Assembly (NCBI GenBank): GCA_963693365.1
Contig: CAVNZM010000005.1
Location: 8,006,710 to 8,070,709, forward strand
Direction: 5' to 3'
Length of the DNA stretch: 64,000 nucleotides
DNA from: Amoebidium appalachense
Taxonomy: Eukaryota > Protista > Ichthyosporea
The notes beneath the pieces are model-generated. The model was not told the DNA's origin and made no database searches. It saw only the letters and a list, made by a program, of their open reading frames with translations. The position numbers were made by a program, and so were the translations under genes. Shown one piece after another: positions 1 through 13,500 of the stretch (position 1 is the first letter of the stretch; each line of letters begins with the position of its first letter).

Positions 1-474
1 CATCTGTGGTGGGATTCCGGGGCAACATCCCACATGTCACCAGTGCGAGAATGGTTCACGAACTTCCGTATGGTGGAGCCAATGCCTGTCACCCATCAGC
101 ACGTGGGAGGGCAAGGGGGACATCACCTTTGATGCCAAGCCTTTTGACGGACGTGTCAACCGACTGCGGCTCAACTTGAAGGACGTTCTCTATGTGCCCG
201 CACTCGACAAGACTTTGGTGTCTGCATCAAAATGTCACGCGAAGGGCATCAGCGGCATCACCGCATGGCAAGTTGCTGATTGTCGATCGGGATTGGTCGG
301 GATTAGCCAATGGCATTCTCGATGGGGGTCTCTACCGCATAGTTGGGCACGTGACGACAGGAATGAATCGGTGGCAGCAGTTGAGAAGAACAGCCGCGGC
401 AGTGGGGGCAACGTCGACGGTGGCAGCATCGCGTCCAGTGCCCCAGAGGCCAGTATTCCGGTGGCACAGGATAA
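1..474 (+). pseudogene. Ty1/Copia pol remnant (protease to GAG-pre-integrase region), frameshifted and truncated
   Basis: LKDVLYVPALDKTLVSASK (Copia protease-adjacent motif), then in another frame GILDGGLYRI...FRWHR, breaking off at 475. Confidence 0.75.
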
Positions 475-1398
475 GGTGAGCACACGTGGGAAGGTTCGCT
501 ATGAGGGCCCGCCCGGCCGGTTCGCCGCGGATACAAGCGGTTCAGGGCGGATCCGGGCCAAAGTTCGCCGAGAGCCGCGAAAGATCTGCAGCCAATTACA
601 CAAGCCATTCGAAGCGATTTGTGGAATGCGAATCCCCAGCTCACGGCAGAGACACTCCTGACAGGCACCCAATCGATCGGAGCGCGGCGAAAGCATGAAA
701 CGGGATATAGCAATAAACGATAACCAATAGATTTCAAGTATGCAAAAGGCTTTAAAGATTATTAAAACAGTAAGAAAATGCACAATAAAGGGTGTAAAAT
801 ATATTTAATCTGTTGTACTATCCGTTTTATTATGTGGGTAATCAATCGTTGTAGAGCATTTTTGGTATACCTGCATGTCAGAGAGTCAATGACCACACAT
901 TCGGCGAAATGATGCATGCTTGTGCAGTGGCCACCTAAATACACCTGCTTCCGTATGCATGAACTTTTTTACATGGCACAACACAGAGTTTTATATATAG
1001 CAAAGAGCACACAATTGGGAAGGCGCACTTGGCTCATATGGCAGCCTGGGAGGATGCGTGATCAGCATTCAACCCGCAATGAATATAGTGCTAATTGTCT
1101 GCTGCAATTGGCGCGTTCCGGCTCGCGGGAATTCACCCACTAACCGAACCCTGACGGGACCTAGAATAAAGGTGAGCTGCTTTTACCTAGGTGGCAGGTC
1201 TCCAAATCGAGCTTTGTGGCCTTTTCATCGCACAATTTATATATACCTGAATTCATTTTCACAATTGAAAAAGGGTTTGTTTGGTTTAGAACTGTTGTGA
1301 TTTTTTCCCGTATGGTTTCCTTTTTCTCCGCAAGGGGGGGTGGGGCGGGGGGCCGCGGGTTTGGGGCGAGGGGGAAGTACGTTTGCATGATTTATGCC

Positions 1399-1562
1399 GA
1401 ATTGCAGATCAAAAGAAGTATATTGTCACCTGCTGCCCAATTGCAGATCCAAAGAAATATGTTGCCATCTGCCATTTGATTTCAGTTCAGTTTCAGTTTA
1501 TCAGTTTTCATTGCATAAGTACCGCGAATTGCAGATCACAAATAAGTATATTGCCTTCTGCC
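1399..1562. repeat. Three imperfect copies of a ~35-bp motif
   Basis: AATTGCAGATC(A/C)AAA..AAGTATATTG-like motif at about 1400, 1439 and 1528. Confidence 0.6.
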
Positions 1563-1903
1563 ATTAGTTTAATATCAGTTTTAGGCGCAAACAAAAAGGT
1601 ATAGGAGAACGAAGGTTGAAATGCACGCACTAGTAGATGGACCTCACACTTGTTGTAAAACGGTGGACATTACATATGTCCCCCATATTGCTTGCGTTTG
1701 AGGCAACGCGCTTTGCTTCCACATCATGTTGCCTGATCGATTATATAGAAAGCATGCCGACCACTCAAACCACGCTTGAGCGTTGCAAAATTCCTTTTTC
1801 ATGATCACGGTGCCACTCCTACTTGCCCATTCCTATTCAGTATTTAAGCTGTATTAAATAGTAATATATTGATTTTTATCATTTATTTATACATTAGTAT
1901 TCA

Positions 1904-2691
1904 TTCTTATGCCAACGTCGTCTTTACCAGCCCCAGCAAGGGGATACATGAGCCGGTGCCTGTGGATCAATCTCACAAGCAGGCACAGGTGTGCTCCACA
2001 GGAGCAATGAAAAGAATGACAAATGTCATACAGAAACATGCTCAAAAAACGTAGCCTAGTGCCTAAATAGGCAAAGGGTGTGGTGGGTGGGCAAAAACTT
2101 AGCTATAAAAATGGGGCCTAAAGAGACCTAAACGCGCTCAGTAGCGCCGCAACTGACCTCCCTGGGGCTGCGCAAGCTCATCATAGAGCGCGGCCCACAT
2201 TTTTGCCTATGGAAACATGAAGAAATGACTTAGAACCTATCAAATCCATGAAATCTACCAAAATGGAATTTTTGCTGCACATCAACCAATGAAAATTTTT
2301 CACAAGTGGCTAAAACCCCTAGATCATAAAGACCAAATCGATTGCCGCCCAATTCGGACTAGATATAACTCAAACTCATCAATATATCCATATGGCATAT
2401 CCCACAGAACATAAAAACAGCTGAAGCTCCCTAAATAAAAATGCTAGCAGCCTGAAACTTTGCACGCACATCAACCACACCATGGCCTACAGCATTATAC
2501 TACCACGAAGTTTACAGCACACTCGCAACACACAATTTCACTCCAACGGGGCTATCTAATTCTCCTGCAAAGAAAACACGTTTACAAACTTAATATTCTT
2601 ATGCCAACGTCATCTTTACCAGCCCCAGCAAGGGGATACATGAGCCGGTGCCTGTGGATCAATCTCACAAGCAGGCACAGGTGTGCTCCAC
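1904..2691 (-). repeat. 3' split-direct-repeat block (B1-A2-spacer-B2) of the YR retrotransposon
   Basis: The 96-bp B repeat TTCTTATGCCAACGTC...GTGCTCCAC occurs at 1904 and 2596. The ~505-bp A repeat 2091-2597 is near-identical to 7072-7164 + 16095-16507. B contains a GTGCCTG...CAGGCAC hairpin. Confidence 0.92.
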
Positions 2692-2697
2692 CACTCC

Positions 2698-3718
2698 CTA
2701 CCTGGCACGGGAAGGAACGAACCATGCCGTGGGTGACTGATGCAGCGCTGCAGCCCGGGCAAGGAGCGACGCAGGCACTCGAATAGAAAGAACAAGAGAC
2801 TGGCCGGCCTGCACATACATACCGGCGGAGGGAGGCATGCGATCTCCATCGACCACGCAGAGCAATCTTCTCTACTGAAACACCCCTGACATAGTCTCTC
2901 GAGGCACCGCCATGGCGAAGACTGTGAAGATGGAACCCATACTCGTTGAGGCCGAGAGAGTCACATGCCGCTTGGAACTTGGCACGCAGAACATCATACG
3001 AGAAAGGAAACAGCCGCGCAGAAGGGGGGCGCCACGGAACCAGAAAGACAGGATGGCCAACAGGGAGGGATCGGTGATGGGGACAAACTGATTTGGACCG
3101 GTCTTGGTGTCGGCCAGGCGGATGCCGCCTGTACCGGGTGGCATGTCGTGGGGAACGGGGTCGTCGGGCAAAATAAGATCCGCACGGGTGAGCATAAGCA
3201 GCTCACTGACACGAAAATAACACTCAAATCCAAGCAAAACAGCAATACCAAACAAGGGGTCAATTTTGGAATACAAATGATTGCCAATGACGAGGACCAA
3301 TGAAAACGGAAGCGGGGGCGTGGTCTTTGCTGGAACAAGCCGGTTCCAGCCCTGCAGGCTCCGTTGGGCGGCCTGCAGGTGTGGACCCAGGCGTGGCATG
3401 AAATGCTTGATGCCGGCAGCTGTGTTGACACAGCGCTGACGCTGGCCACGCGATGGATCAATGGCATAACACTCCTCAAAATACTCCACCAGGAGGTCGT
3501 CCAGTTCGGCGGGGGACTTGGCAACCAATCCAGGAACTCAACAACAGCATCCCGGTAGGCCTTGAGGGTTGGGGGCTTTATGGCCTGGTCAGCCAGAAAA
3601 CCGCGAGGGACCATGTACCAGGGGGCAACCAATCCAGGAACTCAACAACAGCATCCCGGTAGGCCTTGAGGGTTGGGGGCTTTATGGCCTGGTCAGCCAG
3701 AAAACCGCGAGGGACCAT
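2698..3718 (-). pseudogene. Tyrosine recombinase of the Ngaro-type element (frameshifted)
   Basis: Catalytic motifs FECYFRVSELL (R), TKTG (K), HSLRHGGA (HxxR) and GRW..ASLRRY (Y) are spread over several frames; 95-bp tandem duplication at 3520-3614/3624-3718. Confidence 0.9.
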
Positions 3719-5746
3719 CTGCAGGATTGTGGGCTGACGGCAGCCACACACAATACAAACGAATGTCGAGAGCAAGCGTGTAGGCAGCCACCTGGCGGCA
3801 TACACGGTTCAGGCGTCGGGATGCTGAACGACCCTTAGCAACAGCCCCAAGCAGCGCCGTCGAATCAAGGCCCCAAAGGTAGCGGGAGCCCCAGGCAGCC
3901 GTAGACCGACCTAATCGACGAAGCCCCAGGAGCAAGGCTTCTCCCTCCAGAATGTTGATGTGGTTGGAGTGGCGCCAACGATGACTGATGTTGGTGGTCC
4001 ACCGGCTACCAACAGCTGCCAGGATAGGTGCCGGGGGGGCGGACAGGCTTGGCTCGTGCACAGGACCAGACAGCTGGCTGTAGTGGCCACGCCGGTTGCA
4101 GTGAGGCAGCACTTCGCGGAGAAGCGTTGCTGGAAGCACCCAGGGTACCACTCCACCACCCAACAAGGAAGCATCAGTGCAGAACATGGTGCTAGCAAAC
4201 CCAGAACGCAAATCACAACGCATCAAAGGGGCCAAAGCACACATCGCCTGAAGCTCCCACACCACGGGCGGGGGAAGGGGCTGTTCCCGTCCCCCCAGCT
4301 GCTCCACAAAACTGTAGACGGCACTCAGAACCGACAAAAGCGGCCGCTGCAGCAGTGCCGCCCACACCCAACCACCAAGGAACTCCTGCAAACGGAGCTG
4401 CGTGACGACACCACGACGCAACACGGCCTGGGTTTCCGCCACCAGACGGCACAAGGAAGCGCCAGACGGGCGCAATATCCCAGAGCGATGCATTTCCAGG
4501 CCTAGCAGCACCATAGAGGACGACGAACCAGCAGCCACATCCTTCTTGACATTGGAGGGAAGACCAGCCGGGCCGGTGACGCCATGATACGATTCACGCT
4601 GACAATTGATGGCGGTGGCATCTGTGCCGACCCAGCCACAGTCGTCCACATACAGGGCATGCTGCGTGGCCTCCACAGGCCGCGGCACTATCGCACAGAG
4701 GCGCTCAATGCGGGGCATGCCGGCTCGGTTAGCCAACTGCCCATGGACGTCTTGAGCCACAAGCACAGAATGCACCCAGCCCATGGGCACGGTCATGAGG
4801 GCCGGGTACACAAGCCGGTCGGGCCCAGAAATGCCAACAGCCTCCGAAGACACAAGCGGCAATCCGAAGTACCGCCACAGCCACTCGGGGGCAAGAAGAC
4901 GATGGAACTGATTGTCCATGTCCGACTTGCCAAAATAGAGGCAATCCTCAGGCCCCAGCAACAGATCGGCAAAATCGGCAAGGTTGGGCAGGTGCACCTG
5001 GAGGGCAGGATGATCACGGGCAAAGAACAGGTTGCCACGGCGGCCGTCAAAAATGACGCGGGCTCTGGTGTCTTTGGGGACCCCAAACAGCCCATTGATG
5101 GCCAGTGGCTTTTCCTGCGCCTCGAAATAGTGCACCATGCCGCAGTCTTGAAGCCGAAGAAGAGGGGACCGTATTCCCCACTGGGAACGTGATGCGCCGG
5201 TCGGATGCGGAGCAGCTCTGCAAGCGTCGGCGGAACAGGCTTGAGAAGGCCGCCGTCGCAGTTGGCCAAAAACGGCTGCAGTGTAGGAGACAAAAACTGC
5301 AACACGTCCACTGTGGCTCCAACCCCAGGGGGTGGCAAAGCGGCATTTGCCGCCGTGAGAGGTAGCCATCCTGTCAATACAGGGTAGGCCGCGGGGAACG
5401 CAGCCAAGACACTACTCGCGGGCTGAGCGTCATAGACACCCGCGCGTATAGCATCGTAGCTGGCCCTAAGGACAAAGGTCCACAGGGCATGGTGGTGACT
5501 GTTCAACAACCCGGTCGGGAATGGGCAAGGGCCGCCTGCCCACAGCTCGTTGAGGGCACCAAGACAACGGTTAGCCAAGGTAACCCCCTTCAGGCGGTGA
5601 GACAGACGTTGCCGACGGCGTTGACTCCGTAGACGGGCTTGTCCAGAACGGTCCGGCATAGGAATGGCCGGAACAGGAAACAAATCAGAGGCGGCAAAGA
5701 CATGACGTGGCATAGCTGTGGAATCCTTAGAAAAATTAGGGGGCAT
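3693..5746 (-). pseudogene. Reverse transcriptase-RNase H of the YR retrotransposon (one frameshift near 5150-5200)
   Basis: RVIFDGRRGN, KSDMDNQF, VPMGW, LYVDD (RT); FCTDAS, HINILE, LDS, HNPADGPSR (DIRS/Ngaro-type RNase H). Confidence 0.92.
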
Positions 5747-5823
5747 ATTTAATCAAGGGCACGTGGCAGGAAGCCACAACAAAATAATATACAGAACCGC
5801 GTGCCGAACCCCCAAAGGGCCGT

Positions 5824-6843
5824 TTAGGCCCTGTGCCCACCGGTCCCCGGAGGGGTCGATGGACCGGCTCCGGATGGGCCACTGCCGGGACCGCGCCGAG
5901 CCCGGGTGACTTCGGCGAGGGTCTTGGCTTGACGAACAGCCCGGTAGGCCAAGGCAGGGGGCAGGGGCAGGCTGCGCGCAGGGAGCTCCTCAAACTGCTC
6001 TGCAACAGCCCAGTCCCCGTTGGACTGATCAGCAGTCTGCACAGCCAGCAGACGGCGCACACCAACTTCCACAGCAGGTGACTCCTTGCGGGCCTTAGGG
6101 TCGGCGGCCAGCAGCAGATCCAGCATACGGGCAAGCGTCAGAGCCTTGACTGAGCAGTGACCGAGGCCTGGTCAGCCAAGGTGCTCTTGAGGTAGGAAGG
6201 GGGCCAGACGTTCTTTGACGCGCAGGTTGACTTTGGCGCCGCTGGAGAGCAGATAACGGCTGGGGTTGGGTTTGGAACGGCCAGAGGAACGACGGCTGCG
6301 AGAGGAACGACCGTAGCCACTGCTGCTGGAATCAGAATCCTCACGCGACGATGGGGTGTCTTCACTGCCGGTGGCGTACGCATAGACAGGCTCCTTGCCC
6401 TTTGCCCGCGCAGACAGCGTGCTCAGCAGGCCGCCGGCAGAGGGCTTCTTGGGGCGACCAGACTGGGCAACAGAGAGGGCTTGCACTTGGGCAGAAAGCG
6501 CCTGCAGCTGCTCTTGGACGTCTACACCGTCAGAACGCCGCTGGGGAGAGGGCGACCCAGGTGGGGGGGAGGCACGGCCGCTGCGAGGAATGCGACAGAG
6601 CAAGTGCAGCTGGTCGGTGACTTTCCAACCGACCATCTCAGGGTCATCAAAAGCCACCGAGCGCGCCTTGAGGGCTGAAACCACACTGTTGACGGTTTCT
6701 GCCGGCAGGCTGTTCCAGGGGAGGGCGTTGGACTGCAAAACGGCCAGACTTTTGAGGCTTGCGTCGTCCGCATCGGTAGAGATCTCCAAAAGCTTTTCGA
6801 GGAGAGCGGCCCCCTTGGCGACCAGAGCAGGAGGAGGGGCCAT
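5824..6843 (-). pseudogene. gag-like ORF1 of the YR retrotransposon (disrupted)
   Basis: ORF MAPPPAL... upstream of RT, continuing after a frameshift and stop into ...VRRLLAVQTADQSNGDWAVAEQFEE; position expected for ORF1. Confidence 0.65.
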
Positions 6844-7815
6844 TGCAATGCTCACAAACCAGACTAGAGCACGAAAACGTGAAAACGAAGACAGGAAAAT
6901 GCAAAAACGTGGGAAAACCGACACCGCAAAAAACGTCCGAAAACCAGCTAAAACGCAACGGCGCGCACGCAAAGCTCTTACCAGATGCTGCCGAAGCTAA
7001 GCGCGCGCTCCTGGGCAAAAAAAAAACTAAAGAAAAAACGAACAAGAGCGCGAAAAACGGGGACTAGAGTTGCAAAAACTTAGCTAAAAAATTGGGCCTA
7101 AAGAGACCTAAACGCGCTCAGTAGCGCCGCAACTGACCTCCCTGGGGCCGCGCAAGCTCATTATCCCCCATGTTTTAGATTAATCTTCAAGATTAAACAA
7201 TCTTGTATCCCGGGAATTCTGGAAAATCGGTCAATTAGAGTGATTAATCTTCAACATTAATCTCAACTCCCCCTCAAAAAACGGAGTTTTTTCCCGTAAA
7301 AATGGTCCGACGGGGCTGAAACTTTCCATGAGCGAAGCAAACATATATAGGTTTGAAAGCCCAGCGGCTGGGTGTGTGTTGCATATGGACTTTTCGGCAC
7401 AGCGAGAGCGTGACGGTAGGTGAATATGGATATCGAGGATCATTAATCAAGGAGCCACAGTGACTGCTGCAAGCTTGAATGATTGATTTGAGTGTGCTGT
7501 ATTGCATTATGATGTGGGGGGGGAAACGCTGCGTTTCAACAAAGAAATAGGAGAGCAATGCTTTTACACCCCTCGAGTGCAGTATACTATTGGTTGCTGT
7601 TCGAACAAGACCCATTTATGGTGTGACGTATAGCCTTTTTTAGCTGTTGTAAACAAACAACACAGGCCGTGGCTACTTTTGAGGACCCTGCTTGTAGATT
7701 ATCATCTCACACCCAACTTGAACCCGTAGCGTTGCTCTGGATACACCCTGTCGTTTTCACTTTCTTTTTGTTTTCTTGTTTTCTTTTTTTTTGTTTTTGG
7801 TGATGGACGCAAAGA

Positions 7816-9519
7816 ATGGAAGGGGACTTTGAAATAATATTTGATGATAGTGGTGGGTTTGAAGCCGGGGCAGTAGACTCAGACATCTTTAACGATTTCT
7901 TTGCTGACGAAAGCACAAGTGATACAGAAGATTCTGTTGACAACGGTGATACCACACTCACAGGAAAATGGCGTATTTATGACGCCAAGCAAGTAGAGTT
8001 AACACTCAAAGCAGACGATGTTGAAAACAGGCTTTTAGATACGTTCAGGAAGGAGACCTCGGAGATCCAGAAACGTTTGCTAACCCACTTTTCTGGAGAG
8101 CCAACCATTAGTAACGTCCTCGACCTCTTCTTTTCACCACTCATTCTCCAGACACTGCTTGAGACTATCAATATTGGACTCCGTGCACGCAAGAAGAGGA
8201 CTGCCACACTACACGATCTACACGGTTTCCTGAAAGTGATATGCTATTTGTCATTCTACGGTGTGTCCCCCTCCGTGTTCTATGATGTTAAACTGAGCCA
8301 CGCATTCCCAACCGCAAACACCTGCCTGCCCCAAGACCGGTTCATGGACATCCTGGGCGCACTCTCCCACAGTAACAGCACCCCTCACGATGGTGCAACT
8401 GACCGTACTTGGAATTTGCCAATCCGTCAAACTAATACCCGTCTTTTGCAATTCGAGCAACTGGCATCACAGCGCATGGCCGAAATGTGCTTTGTGCCTA
8501 ATATTTCCGTGCTCATTGAAGATGACGACCATCTGCGGCTAAGGTCCAAGGTAGTTGAAGAAACGGATTTTATCCGTGTCAACAACCCTATCAAAGCAAA
8601 CGGGCCCGTAAACCATCTTCTCGGCTCTCTGTTGACCGGGTGCCCCATATCGGCACATGTGGGCCAGCGCGGGCAATCGGTGGACGACATTTTCGGTGTG
8701 CTTTGGTCTCGGGTGACCACGGTTCACCCAAGTATGAATGGTTTTCGAAACCCTTTTGGGGTTGATCGGGGGTACAACTCGAAGGAACTCACAAGTGCTG
8801 CGCTTGGCATGAACCTCCTACTCCATGGGACCCACAAACGTGGTCCCAATTTTCCATTTACGTTTGGGGTCCCACCGGAGAAGGTGAAGGGCAATGTTCG
8901 ACTAGTGAGCACTGTCGGGGCTAAGGCAGCATACTGGGCTGAGAGGAAAGCGGAGAGTAAGTTCAGACCTCCCCCCCCCCCCCCCCCTTCCCCCCCCCCC
9001 CCCCCTCCCAACACACACAAACATACCGACATACCAACGATCACTGAAGGAGTGCCTCCGCCCCCCCCCCCCCCTCCCCCCCCCTCCCCCCCCCCCCCCC
9101 CCCCCCCCTTCCCCTCTCCCCACCGCAAAAAAAAAAAGGAGGAATGGCAGGTTCACAGCCCCCTCCCCCCACCCCCCCCCCCCCCCTCATCCCTCCCTCC
9201 CTCCATTACCCCCCCCCCCCCCCCCCCCCTCCCCCCCCCCCTCCCCCCCCCCCCCCCCCCCCCCCCAAAGACACACAGAAACATTCGCAAACACACCGTC
9301 ATGTACATACCAACAAGCGCACACCACACACACATGCACACACACACCCACAACGGAACCCCCCACCCCCCCACCCCCTTCCCTTCTTACCCCCCCGCCC
9401 GACCTCAAAATTCTCTTTTTTAAAAAAAAAAAAATATGTGAACAAATGTTTAGCAAATCGTACACCTCCTCCTCTCTCCTCCCCCCTCCTCCCCCCCCGA
9501 ACACACAGACACAGACACA

Positions 9520-9582
<63 letters not shown>

Positions 9583-10543
9583 CGGCAGGGTGCCCCCCTC
9601 CCCCCCCCCCCCAAAAAAAAAAATTATCTAGATAAATTAAAAATAAAAAATAAAACCAAATGAAAACAAACCCCCCGAAAAAACGGAATGAATAATATGC
9701 AATTGAAAATTTAGGGAGGGAAAAAAAAACACCCCCAGCCGACACTATATATTAGGGCAGTACTGACAAAGTCACAGTGGGTATGCACATGTGCGCACAC
9801 CCTGGCTCTCTCGCGCACATGTAGCATGTGAGACACTGACAGGGTCTATGCTTTATCAGTCTTTTTCTCAATAACTCTTTCCCAGCTCCCTCTGATTTTC
9901 TTTTATCTCATCGGCATCATGATTGCACAGGTGCCCGTGGGGGGCCGGAGGTGAAGTTAACTGCGGTTGCATACCATGCGGGGTTTGGTTCTGTCGGTTT
10001 ACTGCAAACCTCCGACCCAGCAGCTGGCAGAGGGATGTGGACTTATAGGCTTGCAAATAAGAGGTGTGTGCTTATAGCTTGCCTACGACGTATGGTGTGC
10101 AGTGTGTGTTTTTGTGTGCATGTGCGTGTGTGTGTGCGCACGCACGTGTGTGTTTGGGATATTTTGAGTTGTCCTGCCAAGTTTATGTCACGTGCGCGTG
10201 CGCACGTGTGTGTGTGTGTTTGTGTTGTACTGTGTTTGTGTTGTGTGTGTGTGTGTGTGTGTCTGCGTGTGTGTGTGCCAGTGTGTGTGTGTGTGTGGGT
10301 GTTGTGTGTGGGTGTTGTGTGTGGTTTGTGTGTTGTGTGTGTGTGTGTGTGTGTGTTTTCGTTGTGCCTTACACCATGACTGGCTGTGAGTGAGTGTGCG
10401 GATGCGAGTGTGAGTGTGTGTGTGTGTCTGCCATGGATGTGTGCCGTGGGTGTGGGTCTACGTATGGTTATGTGTGTACAGGTATCTGTGTGTGTGTGTG
10501 TGGAAGCACGACTTTTATTTTTTGTGCTTTGTGTTTATACCGT

Positions 10544-10590
<47 letters not shown>

Positions 10591-13500
10591 GTTTTTGCTG
10601 GTTTTGTGTTGTGTATGCTGTTCTGTTCAGCATTTTTTGGTGTGTTTTTTCCTGGGCTGGTTTGCATTGTTGTTACTCCCGGTTTCTTGGGCTAGGAGAC
10701 AGTATTATGCATATGCTTGTGCCGGGTGTTGGCACAGTGTGTGCGTGGCTGTGCTTGTGGGTTATGCAAAAGGATCGTGTTTGTGCGTATGTCAGTGGGT
10801 GTCTGTGGCTGTCTACCGGTGTGCTCATATGTGCTCATGTGCGTGTATGTATTTGGGGGGGGGGGGGGGGGGGGGGGGGTGGGGGGGGGGGAAAGGGGGT
10901 GGCAGAGAGGTGGAAAAGAGGGGAGGGGGAAAGTGGAGGGGGAAGGAGGGGGAGTGGGGGGGATAGGGGAAGGGGGTGGCAGAGGGGTGGAAAAGAGGGA
11001 GGGAGGGAAAGGATGGAGGGGAGGGAGGGGGGAGGAGGGGAACGAGGGGGGAGGGAGGGAACTTCCCGGGGGAGGGGGTGAGGGGTGGGGGGGGGTTGTG
11101 CATGCATGTGCTGTTGCGTGGTGTGCTCGGATCGCGCATATAAGTTTATGTTCAATCCGCACCGTCGGTGACATGCAAAATCATATCGGCATAATATGTT
11201 ATTTGTTTATAATGAACCAACAAGTGCGCACAGGGAGAAGTTGGATCTTGTGGTCACTTCCTCAATGCCCGCCTGGCTATGTATGGAGGGCACGTTGTGG
11301 GCCCGCAACATCCCTCAGCCCCACACCAACGCTATTCCCACCGCCCGTCATGATTTCCCGTCACAGCCAACCACACCCTCCGAGGCTCCTCCCCCAAGCC
11401 CAGTGGGCCAAGGGGACGATGCACAGGATAAACGAGTGGTTACCCTTACCACAGGCCAGGCATCACCTGAATGGTTTGTCTACCGTCAGTTTATGATTAC
11501 GTCCACTGGGGCTGGAGAGGTGTTACGACAATTGCGGGAAGAGGATGTCCCAAATGACGGCCAATTGGATGTTCTCCGCAACAAAATTGGCTTCCGCATT
11601 GGCAGTGTACGAGACGCAGATGTCGACGAAGTGGGAGATGCAGTCCGATCGTACAGCGAAGAAGAGCTCAACGGCATGAAGTTGCCCGAACTCAAGATTC
11701 TCGCTAGCAAAAACGGGCTGGTGATGGGGGGAAGGAAGGTTGAATTGGTTGCGAGGCTCAAAGAGCATTTTGCCGCCAGAGACGGTGCATCCGCGCAGGA
11801 CAATGCCGGCACTCGCCCACCGCCCCCTCCCACACAGGCTTCCAACCCACCGCCCCACCCGCCGTTTGCATTCACCACAACACAAGTGGCCTCTCAATTG
11901 AGCCCCTCCCTCCCCTTGCGACCGCCCCCCGCCAGGCAAGGAGGCCCCTTTGTTCCACCCAATAATCCTGCTGCACCTCAAGTGGGAGTGACTAGTGGCC
12001 CTTTTGGTGCATTTCCCTCTTTTCATCATTCCTATGTGCCCGTGCCGCCAGCGGGGTTTTCCGTGCCTGCACGTCACGTTCAACACCAGCCACCGACCCA
12101 GGCCCAATACCACTGGCCATTTGCACCTGCACCTACACACCAGCCAGCAGAGGCACCCTCACAAAACGGGCCGCGCCAAGTCGACAACTCGGTGCCCAAT
12201 AGTGTGAGTGCATCGGCGGCAGCAGCAGCAGAGGCAGCCCGTGCCCGTGCAGTTGATGTTGCCCTGCTACGTGCGTGGTTTATGAAGCCTCTGTCTACTG
12301 ACGGCATGGCGACTGGGTCACACAACGAGCCTTACGTGCGCCGGGCGTTCCCTTTGTTCCTGCAAGACCACAGTGGTTGGGAGGTAGATGGCGCTATATC
12401 CGAGCCTGGCCTTGTGTGTGTTCGCGAGCAACCGTACATGGGAGCGTCTGTGGATGGCACCTTGCGTTTGTTGAACACGTCGGATAACACAACACACAAA
12501 GCCATTCTGGAAATTAAAACAATGACGTCAGATACGACTATATCGGAGGCGACTGAGCGAGCAGCCAGATACGGCAAATTCGGCGAATGCAAATTTGGGG
12601 ATGACACCTGCCGTATTATGGTTCACAGCTCCTCCTATCGGTGCCAACTGCTGCATCATGCTGCAGTGTACGGAGTGAACCGTGCCATTTTTGCGGTGGG
12701 GGCCACACACGAGATAATATACGCTGTCGTCGTCAAGTTCCCACAGCACTTATTGGACGACTACTGCGCTGTGCTTGAAACGATCGCACGGCGGCACCTG
12801 CGGTGGGTGTACCGGAACAACCAACCCCCTTGTTTCACACCGGACGAGCTGAAGGGGTTGTCGGCAGTTGACAACGACACAGTTGTGGGTGGCTTACACC
12901 TGTGGCGTGCCCTGCACAATCTCCGCGTCAAACACGGGGGGCCCCTTCCGACTGCGGCTGCCATCCTGCTTACCGCGGTGGCCTGGTGGAACGCCACCAA
13001 GGGTGCTGTGGACATAGTTTCACATTACCTCGCCAACACCAAGCTGGACATCAAGGGCTTATCACCGGCAGCGGCGATTTACCTGCGAACAATTCAGCTT
13101 CTTTTACTTTGCTCATTCCAATGTCACCGTATCATGGTGTTGGGAGACCAATTGCAGAATGTGCAAACCTATGCCCAGGGGCGTGACTTGCTGAACCACG
13201 AAAGTTCGTTTCGAGTGTTTGTCGCCACTGTACCGGTCGATTGGAAACTGCAGCACATGCAGCACATGTCGCAATTAACAGCACAGCTGTTGTCCACGCC
13301 AAGCAGAGCCCCTGCCCCCCCCCCTGCGCCATTCCCCCAGGTTTGCACACGCATGCGCGCCACCCGAGCCACAGACACTGCCCATCGCCGTCAGTCACCA
13401 CGGATAGCGAAACGTAGCCGGTCTGCTGCACAGCAGGATGACACAGACTTGGAGGCTTCGCGGCCAGCCAAATTTCCGCGCTTGACGCAATCGCGTCGGC

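Noticed and set aside
1600-1636. Helitron 3' end (GAACGAAGGTT...CTAGT)
   Set aside because: The hairpin is too weak and I found no matching 5' end or second copy in the window.
1904-2597. Separate non-autonomous element inserted next to the YR retrotransposon
   Set aside because: Fully explained as the A2-spacer-B2 part of the element's own split direct repeats.
8957-9423. Poly-proline (formin-like) C-terminus of ORF 7816-9423
   Set aside because: Read-through into a poly-C intron after the GTAAGT donor at 8957; the spliced frame continues at 9931.
10064-11233. Cys/Val-rich and His/Thr-rich ORFs (also at 14-15.8 kb and 57.4-58.7 kb)
   Set aside because: Translations of GT/CA microsatellites in introns or non-coding DNA.
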